This document shows positions 1-12,794 of a stretch of DNA of 64,000 nt, piece after piece. The first letter of the stretch is position 1. The number at the start of each line of letters is the position of its first letter. A program made the translations under genes and the position numbers. The notes beneath the pieces are model-generated. The model searched no databases and was not told the DNA's origin. It saw nothing but the letters and a program-made list of their open reading frames with translations. Origin of the DNA: Lytechinus pictus. Taxonomy: Eukaryota. The stretch spans positions 9,178,001 through 9,242,000 of the forward strand of contig NC_087245.1 in assembly GCF_037042905.1 (NCBI RefSeq). The letters run 5' to 3'.

Positions 1-1268
1 GATGCGGTAATGCAGCCAAAAAAATCCGTAATTTACTGCTTATCTTTTTACCCGATTTTATACGGTATTATAATTATACTGAGAATGCCAAGTTTCTCTC
101 AGTCTTGAAGATGATATCTTTTGCTTACAAAGTTCGATCCATGAATGGTTGAAACATATATTCAGACGTGGGACGTACCAGGCCCCAATCCAGGTTGAAT
201 CTCGTCCTTCCGGTCATGATGAGATATTTCCTAGGAAATTCTGATTCTCGCGAGCATCCCTTGATCCAGATATCATGGATGGTTTGGGGGCCACTTGCCG
301 ACAAAACAAAGTTTCACGACCGAGTACCCGCCCCCCTCCGCTAGAACCTTTGTCCTTCATTCACGGTGCCGCCACTAGATATTATGATTTCTATTTGTGC
401 TCTGATTTTCTGCCTTTGTTTTATTTACTGTAGGATATGTTAGGGGGTTACTGATAAGGAATAGTTGTATCATTACTCTTATCAATTATTGTCAGTAGCA
501 TTAGGAGTAGGCCTATTTTATAATTATTGATATTATCATAATAATTATGATTATCTTCATTAGGATAATTACCATTATTATTATTTTCATCATCATCATC
601 TTCATCATTATCATCATCATCATCATCACTATCATCCACCATCAGCATAACCATTAGGCCCATATATAAAGTGGAGCAAGAAAATAAAATCTGAGTTGAG
701 TTTGATTTGTTTCAAGCAATCAAAATGACTGCAAATGTATCAAACATTACAGAACAGTAATGAATGTACAGTAGTTTAATTCAATGAAAAATTAACATTA
801 ATCATAGGCTACACACCAAAAACATTGTTTGTAGCAACGACAAATTCGAAGCCAGGGGGTCTTCAATCATGAACTGCCTTATAACGTGTTAAAAAATGAT
901 ATCTTAGTTTTCATTCAATGGATACAAACTAAGATATCATTTTTAACACGTGACATGTTCACGGAAGCATCCGTGATATCAGCCCCACACAATTCCTCCT
1001 GAGATCGGCATAATGCCTTTGGATCGTTAATTGTTTGCTTTTTTTATTGGTTCCCCACGGTGAAATGGGGGAAACCCCCTCACAATCCCAATAATCTTGG
1101 CAAGGGAAATTGGGGAAACAAAAAGGATAAGATATCATAATTCATGTTAATTCAACTCGGAAAATAATAATAAAAGATTGAAGAAAAAACATCGTTCATT
1201 CGGGGCGGGACGCTTCCTTCTGAATAGTTTGTTTAATTTTGTCATAGTCATTATTATTCAGTTCTTAA

Positions 1269-1690
1269 AGGGCAAGTCCACCCCATCAAAAAGTTTATTT
1301 GAATTAAAGAGAAAACAATCTAAGAACACTGGAAATTCATCAAAATCTGATGTAGAATAAGAAAGTTGTGTTACTTCAAAGATTCGCTTAATTTCTCAAA
1401 ACGGTATAAGGCCTTAATGCAAATCTTGGTGATTATGCAAATGGAGGGACTGATGACATCACCCACTCACTATTTCTTTTATATACCGTATATATGAAAT
1501 ATGACATTCAATTATCTCCCCATGGTCATGTCAATCAAAGTTTTATTCCTCCCTGAACATGTGCAGTTAACCATTGTTTTGAGCTCCAACCAAGAGGGTC
1601 CTTATTGTCAAATATGTAAATATTGGAATATTGTGTAATTCGAACAATAAAAAAAAAAGAAATAGTGAGTGAGGGGCGTCATCGACTTCA
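1269..1690. mobile_element. Truncated Kolobok-like MITE (same family as 19016 and 50992)
   Basis: TTAA followed by AGGGCAAGTCCACCCC; internal sequence matches the other two copies; right end missing. Confidence 0.65.
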
Positions 1691-2109
1691 TCTTCTTCTC
1701 CTTCTCCTTACATGTATGTTGGTTTGAGTGGCGATTAGTCATATTTGACTGTGGTCGCCATTGACTTTATCTAAAAAAATCTCACTTCTCACATAACAAT
1801 ATTCTCACGTTTGCATCACTGATGATGTGAAAAGTTAGTGTTTATCAATGGAGGCTGTCAGATAATATCAAATAATCAATATTGAAATGTGGACACTGAG
1901 GGGATAGTGAAATGATAGTTTTGCAGAAATGTCAATTGAAAATAGTAGGAAAAGGCAATGATAATGATGTTTTAAGGTGAATATTAATGAATGAAGGAGT
2001 TAGGGGGTCATATAATGGGTGCCAGGTAAAAATGGCATTGCATGGGGGTTTAAGACTGGCCATATTTTACCTATAGCTGTCATTTTTACCTCTCCCATTA
2101 TAACCCCTG

Positions 2110-3169
2110 CAGAGGCGTCGATCCTGGGGGGGCAGGGGGGCGATCGCCCCACCAATGAAAATATTGGAGGGGGGCAAACATATCGTTTTGCCCCCCCCCC
2201 CAATAATTCCGCATGTGCAAAAATAAAATATGATTGTAATGTTACACAGAAATCAGCAAGCGAGATTGAGATACACAACTCGTTCTTCATTTAAAATCGC
2301 GTGCTCAAAATGTCCGTTTTTCCAATTGGAATGTAAAAATTTTCAGCTCGAGCTTCGCGCTCGCATGCTATCTTGAGCAAAAACCCATACTTTTCATGAT
2401 TAAATAGGTGAATAGAATGTCCCGTTTTCAGTTCTAAACCTCAAAAGAACTCCTGCTTCGATTTGCAATAATCTTTTGTTGGATATATATCTTGTTCTTT
2501 TATTAAAAACGTCCATTAAACTGTCATTTTTTTAAGATCGAAATATCAAAATTTTCAGCTCGCGGTTCGCATGATATCTTGAGCTAAAACCCATACGTTT
2601 CATGATTAAATAGGTGAATAGAATGTCCCGTTTTCAGTTCTGAACCTCAAAAGAACTCCTGCTTCGATTTGCAATAATCTTTTGTTGGATATATATCTTG
2701 TTCTTTTATTAAAAACGTCCATTAAACTGTCATTTTTTTAAGATCGAAATATCAAATTTTCAGCTCGTGCTTCGCGCTCGCATCTATTGTTCTTTTAGAT
2801 ACCTGTCTTAATCGTTGGTACCATAAATGCTTAAAATATCAAGCATTCAGTTCAGAATATAAAGAAATTTAAGCTCACTCTCAGCACTCGCATTATCTGT
2901 GTAGTGAGATACGTATTCTCCTCATGAGTTACTACAATCAGTCCTAAACAAGTACCTTTTTCCTGTTTTCAGGACAGTATACTAAAAAAAATCAGCCCGC
3001 GCTTCGCGCTCGCATTAATTTGTTGGTGAGATATGTGTCTCTTTCTCATGAGTCACATATATATATATGTGTGTGTGGGTTTGTTGGTTTTGTGTGATCG
3101 AGCGCCTTTGGAACGTTGATTCATGATTTTGCCCCCCCCCCCAATCTGAAAAATGGATCGACGCCCCTG
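2110..3169. mobile_element. hAT-type non-autonomous element with internal ~206-bp tandem duplication
   Basis: TIRs CAGAGGCGTCGATCC / GGATCGACGCCCCTG; perfect 8-bp TSD AACCCCTG (2102-2109, 3170-3177). Confidence 0.88.
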
Positions 3170-3176
3170 AACCCCT

Positions 3177-3365
3177 GCCATTTTACCTCTGCCATTTTTA
3201 CCTCTGCCATTTTTACCTCTGCCATTATTACTTCTGCCATTTTCACCTCTGCCATTATTACCTCTGCCATTTTTACCTCTGCCATTTTTACATCTGCCAT
3301 CTTTACCTCTGCCATTTTTACCTCTGCCATTTTTACCTCTGCCATTATTACCTCTGCCATTTTTA
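3177..3365. repeat. 15-bp minisatellite (GCCATTTTTACCTCT), about 12 copies
   Basis: Direct tandem units; degenerate units also at ~2060-2100. Confidence 0.95.
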
Positions 3366-4029
3366 CACCGAGCCATATAATGAGGGGATCTGATTATGAG
3401 TCTTATCAATGGGCAATGTCGGTTGATATCAGATAAATAAACAGTATCGAAACGTGGATGAAGGAGTAGCTCATCAAAAATTGTCTGAAGGTCTCAAAAA
3501 TTGTCTCATCAAAAATTGTCTGAGCAGCAATAGACATTCTACTTTGATCGATGAACAGGCTTAGTCCTACAACATCGTTGGAGTAAACTAAACTAAACTA
3601 AACTAATGATGTCAAAATGCAATTGGATAATATGAAAAAGAAATGATGAGATGAAGAATTGATGAAGAATTGATGAAAATGACCAGGACAATATTTTATT
3701 AAGATCTTAATGATCATAATGATCAATGAAATGTGGATAAAGGAATATAGTGATAGTGATATGAAATAATAATCTAAATGTTGTGAATAATAGTAGGGAT
3801 AAAAAGGAATTAAAATTATGATAAATTGACGATAATGATAATGAAGACGATGATCATGAAACTTATGGATGTAGGCCTATGATGATCATTGAAATGTGGA
3901 AAAAGAAATGTGGTGATAGTGATATGAAATGAATGTCTAAATGTCAATGTATAACAGTATTTATAACGAACTGCGTAATGATGTCAATGACAATGATAAT
4001 AAAGGCGATGATCAGGATAATTACAAAGA

Positions 4030-6660
4030 TAACTTCTGCATGAAGCTGTAAGCAGCAACCCATCATACTTGCTTGTTGTAGGAGATTTCAACTACCCCAC
4101 CATCTGTTGGAACCTTTGGTCCTCCCGTTCTCCAGACGAAAGGAAATTTATTGACTGTGTACGTGATTGTTTCTTGCACCAGCACATCACAGAAAGCACT
4201 CGGAGTAGGGATGGGCAGCATCCTAGCACCCTTGATCTACTGATCACAAACAAGGAGCAAATGATCAGTGATTTGTCCTACCTCCCAAATTTAGGGCTAA
4301 GTGACCATGTGTGCTTGCTATTCATGCACTGTAGATCTTTATGCCAATACCTCAACCAGAAAACAAACAGGATATGTACCATAGAGGAGACTATGCAGCT
4401 ATAAACAGAGATATACTAGATGTCGACTGGGAGGAAGAGCTTGAGGAACTGAATGTCTATCAAGCATGGGACCTCTTCTCATCCAAACTTCAGAAAGAAA
4501 TAGACAAAAACATTCCTAAGACAGACTCTAAAATGAGAAGAAAGACAAAGATTTGGATGACAAGAACTGCAATGAGGCAACACAAACGCAAGTGTAGAGC
4601 CTGGAGGTCATACAGAAATAATGGTACCAGGAGAGATTTAGAGAGATCAAAGTGTGAAGCAAAAAAACTTCGGAAAATGCTCAGAAAACTAAGACTAGAC
4701 TTTGAGAAAGATGTTACAAGAAATATTAAGACCAACACAAAAACATTCTGGAATTACGCAAATAGTTCACTTAAGTCTCATAGAAGCTTGGGAGTCTTAA
4801 ATAATGAACAAGGTGTTACTGCCAACACTGACAAACAACGTACCGAGCTCCTCAATAGCTATTTTTGTAGCGTTTTCACTGAAGACAACATCAATCATGT
4901 TCCTGACCTGACAGAAAGACATAATGGAAGTTCTCTGGCTGACATTGACATCACCTCCAGCTCTGTGAAGAATAAACTCAAAATGTTGAGGAGTTCTAAA
5001 TCTGGAGGACCAGATGGATTTCATCCAAGAATACTAAAAGAAACTGCTGACACAATATGTACTCCCCTGACTATCATCTTCAGGAAATCTGTAAGGGAAG
5101 GTGCACTCCCGCAATCATGGAAAGATGCAAACATCACTCCTGTGCATAAGAAGGGAAATCGAAATGCTGTTGAAAATTATCGTCCAATTAAAGTCCAATC
5201 TCGTCTGTTATCGGCAAGATTCTGGAATTTTTTATTCGAGGCATTGTCATTCAACACTTGTGCGAGAATGATATGCTCTGTCATGCTCAGCATGGGTTTC
5301 TTCCTGGCCGGTCATGTGTAACTCAGTTGTTGGAAGACATGGAGCTCTGGACATCATCATTAGACAGTGGACACGAAGTTGACACAATATATCTAGACTT
5401 TCGCAAAGCTTTTGACTCTGTACCTCATGAACGTCTTTTAAGCGGGCTTTTAAGCAAACTCAAAGCATATGGAATATCTGGCAAGCTAGAGGACTGGTTC
5501 CGTGCTTTCCTGACGGGGCGTAGGCAGAGAGTTGCTATCAATGGCCAGGTGTCAAAGTGGAGTAGAGTAAAGAGTGGAATACCGCAGGGAAGTGTCCTCG
5601 GGCCAACATTATTTTTGATTTATATCGATGACCTGCCAGAGATAGTTACAAGTCTAGTCCGAATATACGCAGATGATACCAAGATCTTCAGAGAAATAGT
5701 AACAAATGCTGATTGTGAAATCCTGCAAACTGATCTAGATAACCTTATCAAATGGTCTGAAGAATGGCAGCTTCAGTTCAACATAGCAAAATGTAAATTC
5801 TTACACATTGGGAGAAACAGCCTGCATTACAACTACAGCCTTGATGGAACTGCTCTTGAGGAAGTATCTGAAGAAAGAGACCTAGCTGGGCATTATCGTG
5901 GATTCGGAACTGAAATTCCACACATATGTTGCTTCAGCTGTCATGAAAGCTAGCCGAGTACTTGCAATCATCAAGAGAACCTTCCTCACCAGGGATAGGG
6001 ATACAATTCCAAAACTCTTTAAGGGTCTTGTACGACCAATCCTCGAATATGGGAATGCAGTTTGGCACCCAAGACAGACATGAAAGAGATTGAGAAAGTA
6101 CAAAGAAGAGCAACAAAACTCATACCATCCTTAATTGGCAATGCTAGACTATGGAGACAGACTTCGAGCCCTAAAACTACCATCCCTGCAATACAGAATG
6201 AGAAGAGGTGACATGATCCAGACTTATAAAATAATGCATGGAATCGACTGGCTTGACAAGGATATGTTCTTCTTGTCTATTACTGTTGAGGCAACCCGAG
6301 GTCACCCATTTAAACTCTTCAAGAAAAGAAATAGACTCGGATGTAAGAGCAAATGCCTTCGGAGCCAGAAAAGTGCATGACTGGAACCCGCTACCAAATG
6401 AAGTTGTCTCTGCTCCATCTGTAAACTCCTTCAAAGCCAGGCTTGATAAGTTCTGGAATAGAGAATGGTACAGTCACCCTTGGGAATGATTTGATTTGAC
6501 AAAAATGATTGCAAATGCACCATGTACACTGGACACTGACACTGTCACATATATATGCTTGTGCAAGAAGATTAAGCTTGGACGAAAGCTAGACCTGGAA
6601 ACTTGGCTGCAGCTTTCTGCATTTTTCCAGTACATCCGGTAATAAGGTAATAAGATAAGG
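4030..6660 (+). mobile_element. 5'-truncated CR1-group LINE (APE endonuclease C-terminus + reverse transcriptase), frameshifted
   Basis: VGDFN, LDL and SDH (APE); GPDG, KKG..NYRPI, QHGF, YLDF.KAFDSVPH, GIPQGSVLGP, YADD (RT); split over several frames; short ATAAGG-type 3' tail. Confidence 0.93.
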
Positions 6661-7689
6661 ATTATGATGATCACTAGTCGGAAGGAATGCGTTGTGCATC
6701 ACTGTTTTCCGGGACTGTTTTACTCTGAGAATGGTACCGGTATGTCGCCAGCTACGGCTGAGAACGATACAATTACGCGCGTTCTTCAAAGATTTAATGC
6801 TCACGGGAAAAATTAGAAGTTGACGTTTTTCTACGCTACGGTTGCCGTTCCGATGGTGTATTCAACTAAAATAGAATAATGAAAAGGTAAAAATCACACC
6901 CCATGATTAGATGGTTATACTAAGTTACCGTACGTCTTCAATCTTAAAGTCTGCGTGAGTAATGTCATGAGTCTAACAAACGGAGGAGGCCATCTCTTTT
7001 TGGCGTGTGCAATTTGAATTTGTTATGCACACATTTCTTATAAGGTTGTCACAATTCTGTGTTACGGTACCATTGGGATTGTACAGGAGCTAAATCGCGA
7101 GGTATACATGTAGTAGTATGGTAGTGAGTCCAAAGGACCAAACCTCGCGTGTGTCCATCATGTCCCACTCTACCTCGAGCGATGTTCGTGCAGGCTCCAC
7201 TCACTTGTTCACTGCAACCACCCTGTCTGTAACCCAGGGAGCTGGGGCCTGTTGGCTGTTGCATGTGAAGCGGGGGCTGGTTATAAGATGAAATGGTAAT
7301 AAGCCAATCTCCGCTTACCGACTTTATGCGTGTAGAGATCCGACAGACAATCCTCTAATATAACAAAGTGTTTCAATTATTGCACAATCCCAATGACACA
7401 GAATCACACAAGATTATATCACAAAAAATAACTTGGCTAGCTCAAGCGGTAGGCCCTATTTGGATTTTCTCTGACTTAGTGAAAATGACGGAGAAAAAAG
7501 GGTAGTACGCAAATTAGAAATGATATGCTGTGGAAGATGCAATGGATGAATTTGCATCAAGTGAGATGATGGAATCCACAAAATGTATCAAGTATTTGAC
7601 GACGTTCTCAAAAACACGTGTTTACTAAAGTAGAAAACTTTGAGAAGTGTGTTCAGAAAAGAAAGTAGTAGTTTTCATCCCAAATGTGA

Positions 7690-7918
7690 TGTAGGATGTA
7701 AACAAAGAGAGAGGGGGGAGAGAGGTACCAATTCAGAGAATTTATAGTGAGTCACAGGTGAGTGTGCTGTGTGAGGGTCATTCTTGACCACTTGTTGACA
7801 TATTTATTGCTAAGGAGTGGAAGTAACTGGTATCCAAGGGTAATGTCCTCTCGAAGATGATGAGTAATAGAAGACAAAGTTGAGAAATGAAAAAGGATGA
7901 AATTTGGAAAATACTACA
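7690..7918 (-). repeat. Putative 3' LTR of the Gypsy element
   Basis: Minus strand: polypurine tract AGGAGGGGG at ~7923-7931, then TGTAG...CTACA termini and an internal AATAAA; distal boundary tentative. Confidence 0.6.
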
Positions 7919-8002
7919 TCAGCCCCCTCCTAGATCGTTGAATAAAATGAAACGGTCGATAACAAAGAAAATAGTAATAGTCCAAATGAAGAAAATAATT
8001 TC

Positions 8003-9718
8003 TCAATTAAAATGAAGGACTTGAACAAAGCGCTTTGGAAAATGCACTTTTCGACCTGAACGAGTTTGTCTGATTTCAGGCTCGGTAGATGATGAAGAAG
8101 GAGTGATGGAGGGAGGCGGAGGCTTAGTGGTTGGTGTAGTAGTCACTTGAGAAGGTTTAGGGTTTTCAGGAGTAGATAAGCTAGGTTGAACTGTGGTTGG
8201 AACGGTTGGTGAAATGGGTGGTTCCAAATATGCTGGTTTCAGACGGTCGAGACTGATAGTTTCATGTTTTCCTTTGAGTAGGATGGTGAAAAACTTATCA
8301 GCTCGCTTGATGACTTGATATGGGCCATCATAGGGTGGTTGAAGGGGTTTCTTGACAGCATCATGACGCACAAAGACATGGGTGCATGATGTGAGATCAG
8401 GGTGGACCTGTGGTTTGCGATGCTGAATACGAGTGGGCTGAGGTTTGAGGTTCTCCATTTGTTTTCTCAGTCGATGGATATAGTTGCTAGGGTCCAAATC
8501 ACAATCTTTCTGTTTAGGTGCTACAAACTGACCTGGCAATCTTAAAGTTGTTCCATATACCAGCTCAGCAGCGCAACATCCCAAATCAGATTTGACTGCA
8601 GTTCGAATTCCAAGCATGACGAGAGGGAGAGTTTCAGTCCATCGTGGAGAAGAGGTAGTTTTGAGTGATGCTTTAAGTTGCCGATGAAAGCGCTCAACCA
8701 GTCCATTTGATGCAGGATGATAAGATGTAGTTCGAATTCTAGAGCTACCAAGAAGATGAGTTAGAGCTTGAAAGAGGGAAGATTCGAATTGTCGACCTCT
8801 GTCGGTAGTGATGGTTGAGGGAGCACCGAAACGAGATACCCAGTGTGAAATGAATGCTCGGGCAACTGTCTCAGCTGATATGTCGGGGATAGGCATTGCC
8901 TCAGGCCATCGGGTGAAACGGTCAACACATGTGAGAAGATATGCATTGCCATTTGAAGGAGGTAGTGGTCCCACGAGATCGATATGAATGTGATCGAATC
9001 TAGCATCAGGTGTTGAAAAAGTACCTATCGGTGTCTTGGTGTGACGGTGTACTTTACAACGTTGACACTGTATGCAAGTTTTGGTCCAATTTCGAACATC
9101 TTTGTTAATTCCAGGCCAAACAAATCTGTCTGTGATGAGTTTTTGGGTAGCATTGATGCCAGGGTGAGATAGGTTGTGAAGAGCATCAAATACAACTCGT
9201 CTGAATTTAGATGGGATGTAAGGTCGAGGATTGGTAGTTGAAGTATCGCATAGGATAGTAGAGTCAGAAATAGGAAGAGGTAGAGGTTCGAGTTTGAGCG
9301 AGGTTGAAGTGAGTTGTGGAGACACTTTACATGTACATTGCTGCTTATGTCTAAGACTTAGAAGGGTATTTACATCATATTTAATTCTATTAGACATTAA
9401 GGCTTTTTGACTAAGAAGTCTTTGAGTATTGCCTTGATTAGTTAATGTGTTATTATTGTTGCTCAAAGGACCAGGATTGGGATGTACATCCCCACATTGT
9501 ACTAACTTTATACGAAATGTGGATGTGCATGAAGTTCCATGATAGTATGGAGTTTCTTTTCCTACATATTTGACATACATGTAAGTACAACTAAATGACA
9601 GAGGGCTGAGATACACAGGAATTAGCCCATTGTCAAGTGATTCCTTAGAAGATGTAGCAACATAAAAGGATAGTGAAAACAGTACAATGGTAAGGGTAAG
9701 GCCATGGAAGAAGGCCAT
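8003..9718 (-). CDS. Chimeric ORF: hydrophobic LINE-type leader with 2A-like motif fused to Ty3/Gypsy integrase
   Basis: 571 codons without a stop; GDVHPNPGP at aa 76-84; integrase HHCC (HNLSH...CIQC), D (HIDLVGP), D (TDRGRQF), E (NGLVERFHR) and GPY motif. Confidence 0.85.
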   Translation of the reverse strand: MAFFHGLTLTIVLFSLSFYVATSSKESLDNGLIPVYLSPLSFSCTYMYVKYVGKETPYYHGTSCTSTFRIKLVQCGDVHPNPGPLSNNNNTLTNQGNTQRLLSQKALMSNRIKYDVNTLLSLRHKQQCTCKVSPQLTSTSLKLEPLPLPISDSTILCDTSTTNPRPYIPSKFRRVVFDALHNLSHPGINATQKLITDRFVWPGINKDVRNWTKTCIQCQRCKVHRHTKTPIGTFSTPDARFDHIHIDLVGPLPPSNGNAYLLTCVDRFTRWPEAMPIPDISAETVARAFISHWVSRFGAPSTITTDRGRQFESSLFQALTHLLGSSRIRTTSYHPASNGLVERFHRQLKASLKTTSSPRWTETLPLVMLGIRTAVKSDLGCCAAELVYGTTLRLPGQFVAPKQKDCDLDPSNYIHRLRKQMENLKPQPTRIQHRKPQVHPDLTSCTHVFVRHDAVKKPLQPPYDGPYQVIKRADKFFTILLKGKHETISLDRLKPAYLEPPISPTVPTTVQPSLSTPENPKPSQVTTTPTTKPPPPSITPSSSSTEPEIRQTRSGRKVHFPKRFVQVLHFN

Positions 9719-10705
9719 TGTAACCAGGTGTAGAGCTGCTGATTTGAATAACAGTCAAAGAGTGGTTTTGACACACACAATGATAAGCATAATAAACATG
9801 GTTCAAGTGTCTGTTGACACTGTACACGACACAAAAATGGTTTCTTACTTAGATGGCTACTCACCCAGTACAACTCAAAAAGTAAAATTGTTAACTGTCA
9901 GATAAATACACAAAGTTAACAATCAAAACTGGTCTACTTTGACCTCAAGTATAAACTTACAAAACTGGTACAACAATATAAGCAAGAAATTAACCCAGTG
10001 CTCAATAAACAAGGAAACTAGTGGAGCAGCTGTTACGCGCACCACCAGCTTCCTTTGCCGATCCTACAGCATTTTTCCATCCATCTGATACAAATATCTC
10101 ATTACCAAGGCAGTACATTAGTTCATGTAATTGACCTCGCATGAGCTTGAGTTTTTGTTTCAAATCTCCACACAACTTTGGTCCGCGAAGTTAGATCACA
10201 CTTTTTCAGAACACAGGGCTTAGATTAATCGATGCCCCTATAACTGGCCGTGATGCCCTTTAAAAAAATGAACAATTCACGGTCAAAAAGGCTGTGCCCT
10301 TTTTTTCAAACTGGCCGATGTGCCCTTTTTTCAAAACCGGTCATGCCCTTTCTCACTGTGAAATTAAACTTTACAAAGTTCTCCCATATTTCACAAGCAA
10401 AAATACAGAAGAGAGAGAGAGAAAAAACAAAGTTAACAACTTCCCTCAATTCAAATTGCAAGCCATTTCCCGCTATTTTCTGTGATCTACACACAAACGC
10501 CAGTCATGGAAAGTTCACTAGCTGCTGCACGTGGCATGTCCTCCTGCCTGTGTGTGGCATGCATTGGTACATGTACTTTGCAAACTCTGAAATCAGAGTG
10601 AACAATCGCACATGATTAACTGTTTTTCCACCAAAATAATCACAAATTCGGCAGGAAATTTATTTTGAATGTATTTGGATTCTCAGATTACTGATTTGGT
10701 GATGT

Positions 10706-11159
10706 AATAGACCAGTTCGTAGTTACTCATGGACAATTTTCGGTCAAATGACCTTTCATTTCTTTCATTATGATAGGCAGATTTCAAAGCAAAATATTAC
10801 GTAAGCTTGCCTTATATAGCAAGATGAAGAAATTGAATAGACCAGGTGACTAGAATAGCACACCAATGAACACTTTATGAAGGTATTTGTTGCATTCCTA
10901 CTTTGAATGCATATCATATCATGTTGCACAATGTACTTGGCAAACTGTGAAAACCAGTCGTTCGTGGACGCGTTGTTGTTTTTTGTGGATGTAAATGAAA
11001 ACCACAATTCAAAAGAATATATGAATAATCAAGACATCAAAGTTGGTGCTTATCTCATTAGATTTTAAACCACCATGTCACTTTAGTACAAATGACCTCC
11101 TCTGATCATGCGTAGAATCTTTTGATCATGCGCAGAAAGGAACTACGAACTGGCTTATT
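10706..11159. mobile_element. MITE with ~19-bp terminal inverted repeats
   Basis: AATAGACCAGTTCGTAGTT ... AACTACGAACTGGCTTATT; superfamily not assigned. Confidence 0.55.
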
Positions 11160-11699
11160 GGAGGAGCTTGTTTTTTAGTTTTCATTACTAGATCGGTCTA
11201 GTTTCACCTTTTGTTTTGAGTCTATTTTGAGTTTTTGAGTGTTATCGGTGCGAACTTGTAATGGGAAGAGAGATGCCTGTGTATGTGTGATGCCCTGATG
11301 TTTCACCTAATTTTTAAGTTTGATAATGTTTCACTTTAAAAAATTTGTATTCATTTTTAAAACATGTTAGTTTTCTAACAATTTTAAGAGTAATATATAA
11401 AAAACTAATATCAGTAAGATTATTGTTAGATAATTACATTTTTTTTGTTTGCTTGAAGTTTGAACTTTTCCCTCTTTAATTTTTTGCTTCTAAAAAGTTA
11501 TGTAGCACCTATATGACCTTGTACAAGAGTAAGTACATTTGACATCTAAAAATACCGTAAAATATTGGCCTTCAATGCCCTTGGAAAAGGATTTTGGCCT
11601 TTGTGCCCTCCAAAATATAAGGTATTTCAAGGCCAAACTGGCCTTGCCCTAAAAGTGACAAAATTTAAGGTCTGATAACAGATTTCCATTACAGCATGC

Positions 11700-12725
11700 A
11701 TTTGCCAATCCAATGCATTTATGGTTGTAGCACGAAGGGAGCAATTTGTGTACAATTGGCTTCATCCAGCATTACGAGATATTGTCTTCAGCTTGTTTCC
11801 GATGGTGTTTACTCCAAGAGGACTGTTAAAGTACCACAAAGATCCATCTAGGAGCTTTTGGTTTGGGCCTTTGCCATAGCCAGGGGCAATTTTGGTTAAG
11901 TTTACTGACAAAGTTCTGGAATGCAGTTACAGGACATGATTTACTCCCTGGAATCTCATACTTGCGGCCACTGATTGACACCTCATCCTGATTTTCTTTG
12001 TGAGAGGGTCTTTCTTCTTAAAGTAAGTCAGGCCACTGTCGACGTCATTCTCGACTGTAAAATCGTGAGGTTTCATTCCACAAATATTTTCCCGACCACG
12101 GTTACAGAAGGTCATGATGTCGACAAAATAGTTTGTAATCCGTATGGTGTCATGTCGAGTTCCTCCGAATTCTGCATCGTTTGCATGTCCGTTGGGCTAA
12201 TCACGGGTTATGTGCTGAACATTACCCTTTCCTTCTTTCTTCAAACTAACCAATATGGCTTTGAACATGCGATTTGACTGAGGAAATTTCACCTTGTCAC
12301 AAATATCTAAGCCGGACTCCTCCAAATAGTGTCGTTGAACTCCATATTTTAGAGTTTGCATAGTCCATTTTTTGTAATTTGTCCCATCTTCTTCTCTGAT
12401 CCCGGTGTAGAACTTACAAAGAAAGGAATCTAGATTAGACAGATCAGATTTAAGGCTCTCCAAATTTGTGTCAGAATACTTGGCAAATCCAATTAATTTC
12501 TCTCTTGCAAATTTTAAGGATCTCTTGGTGTTGTCACTATCCATCTGGCCCAATGGGTCAGCATGTTCTTCGTCCGTGGGGACATGAAACTTATTCGCCA
12601 TTTTGCACGATTATACCAAACGATAGTCCTAGTCTAACGTTAGACCCAATAATCAGCTCGGCAATCCATTTGCCCAACGGGTCAGCATGTTCTTCGTCCG
12701 TGGGGACATGAAACTTATTCGCCAT
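11700..12725 (-). mobile_element. Degenerate Crypton-like tyrosine-recombinase transposon (DUF3504/ZMYM-KCTD1-related domain)
   Basis: NTKRS, LCKFYTGIREEDGTNYK, F..SN.MFKA...LKKEGKG, NRGREN, CPV..F..F.SKL, WY.NSPLG.NTIG, YTNCSLRAT across frameshifts and one stop. Confidence 0.82.
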
Positions 12726-12794
12726 TTTGCACGATTATACCAAACGATAGTCCTAGTCTAACGTTAGACCCAATAATCAGCTCGGCAATCCATT
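12548..12794. repeat. 124-bp tandem duplication
   Basis: 12548-12670 repeated at 12672-12794, near identical. Confidence 0.93.

Noticed and set aside
448..663. Asp/Asn-rich 71-aa ORF
   Set aside because: Derived from a (CAT)n/(TAT)n microsatellite region.
3053..3436. Repetitive ORFs (GKNGR, TSAIF, MAEVK repeats)
   Set aside because: Translations of the 15-bp minisatellite, open on both strands, with no gene context.
10214..11674. Possible TIR element (CAGGGCTTAGATT / AATTTAAGGTCTG) with TGCCCT subterminal repeats
   Set aside because: TIR match is weak and there is no clean TSD; probably an old element, but boundaries cannot be supported.
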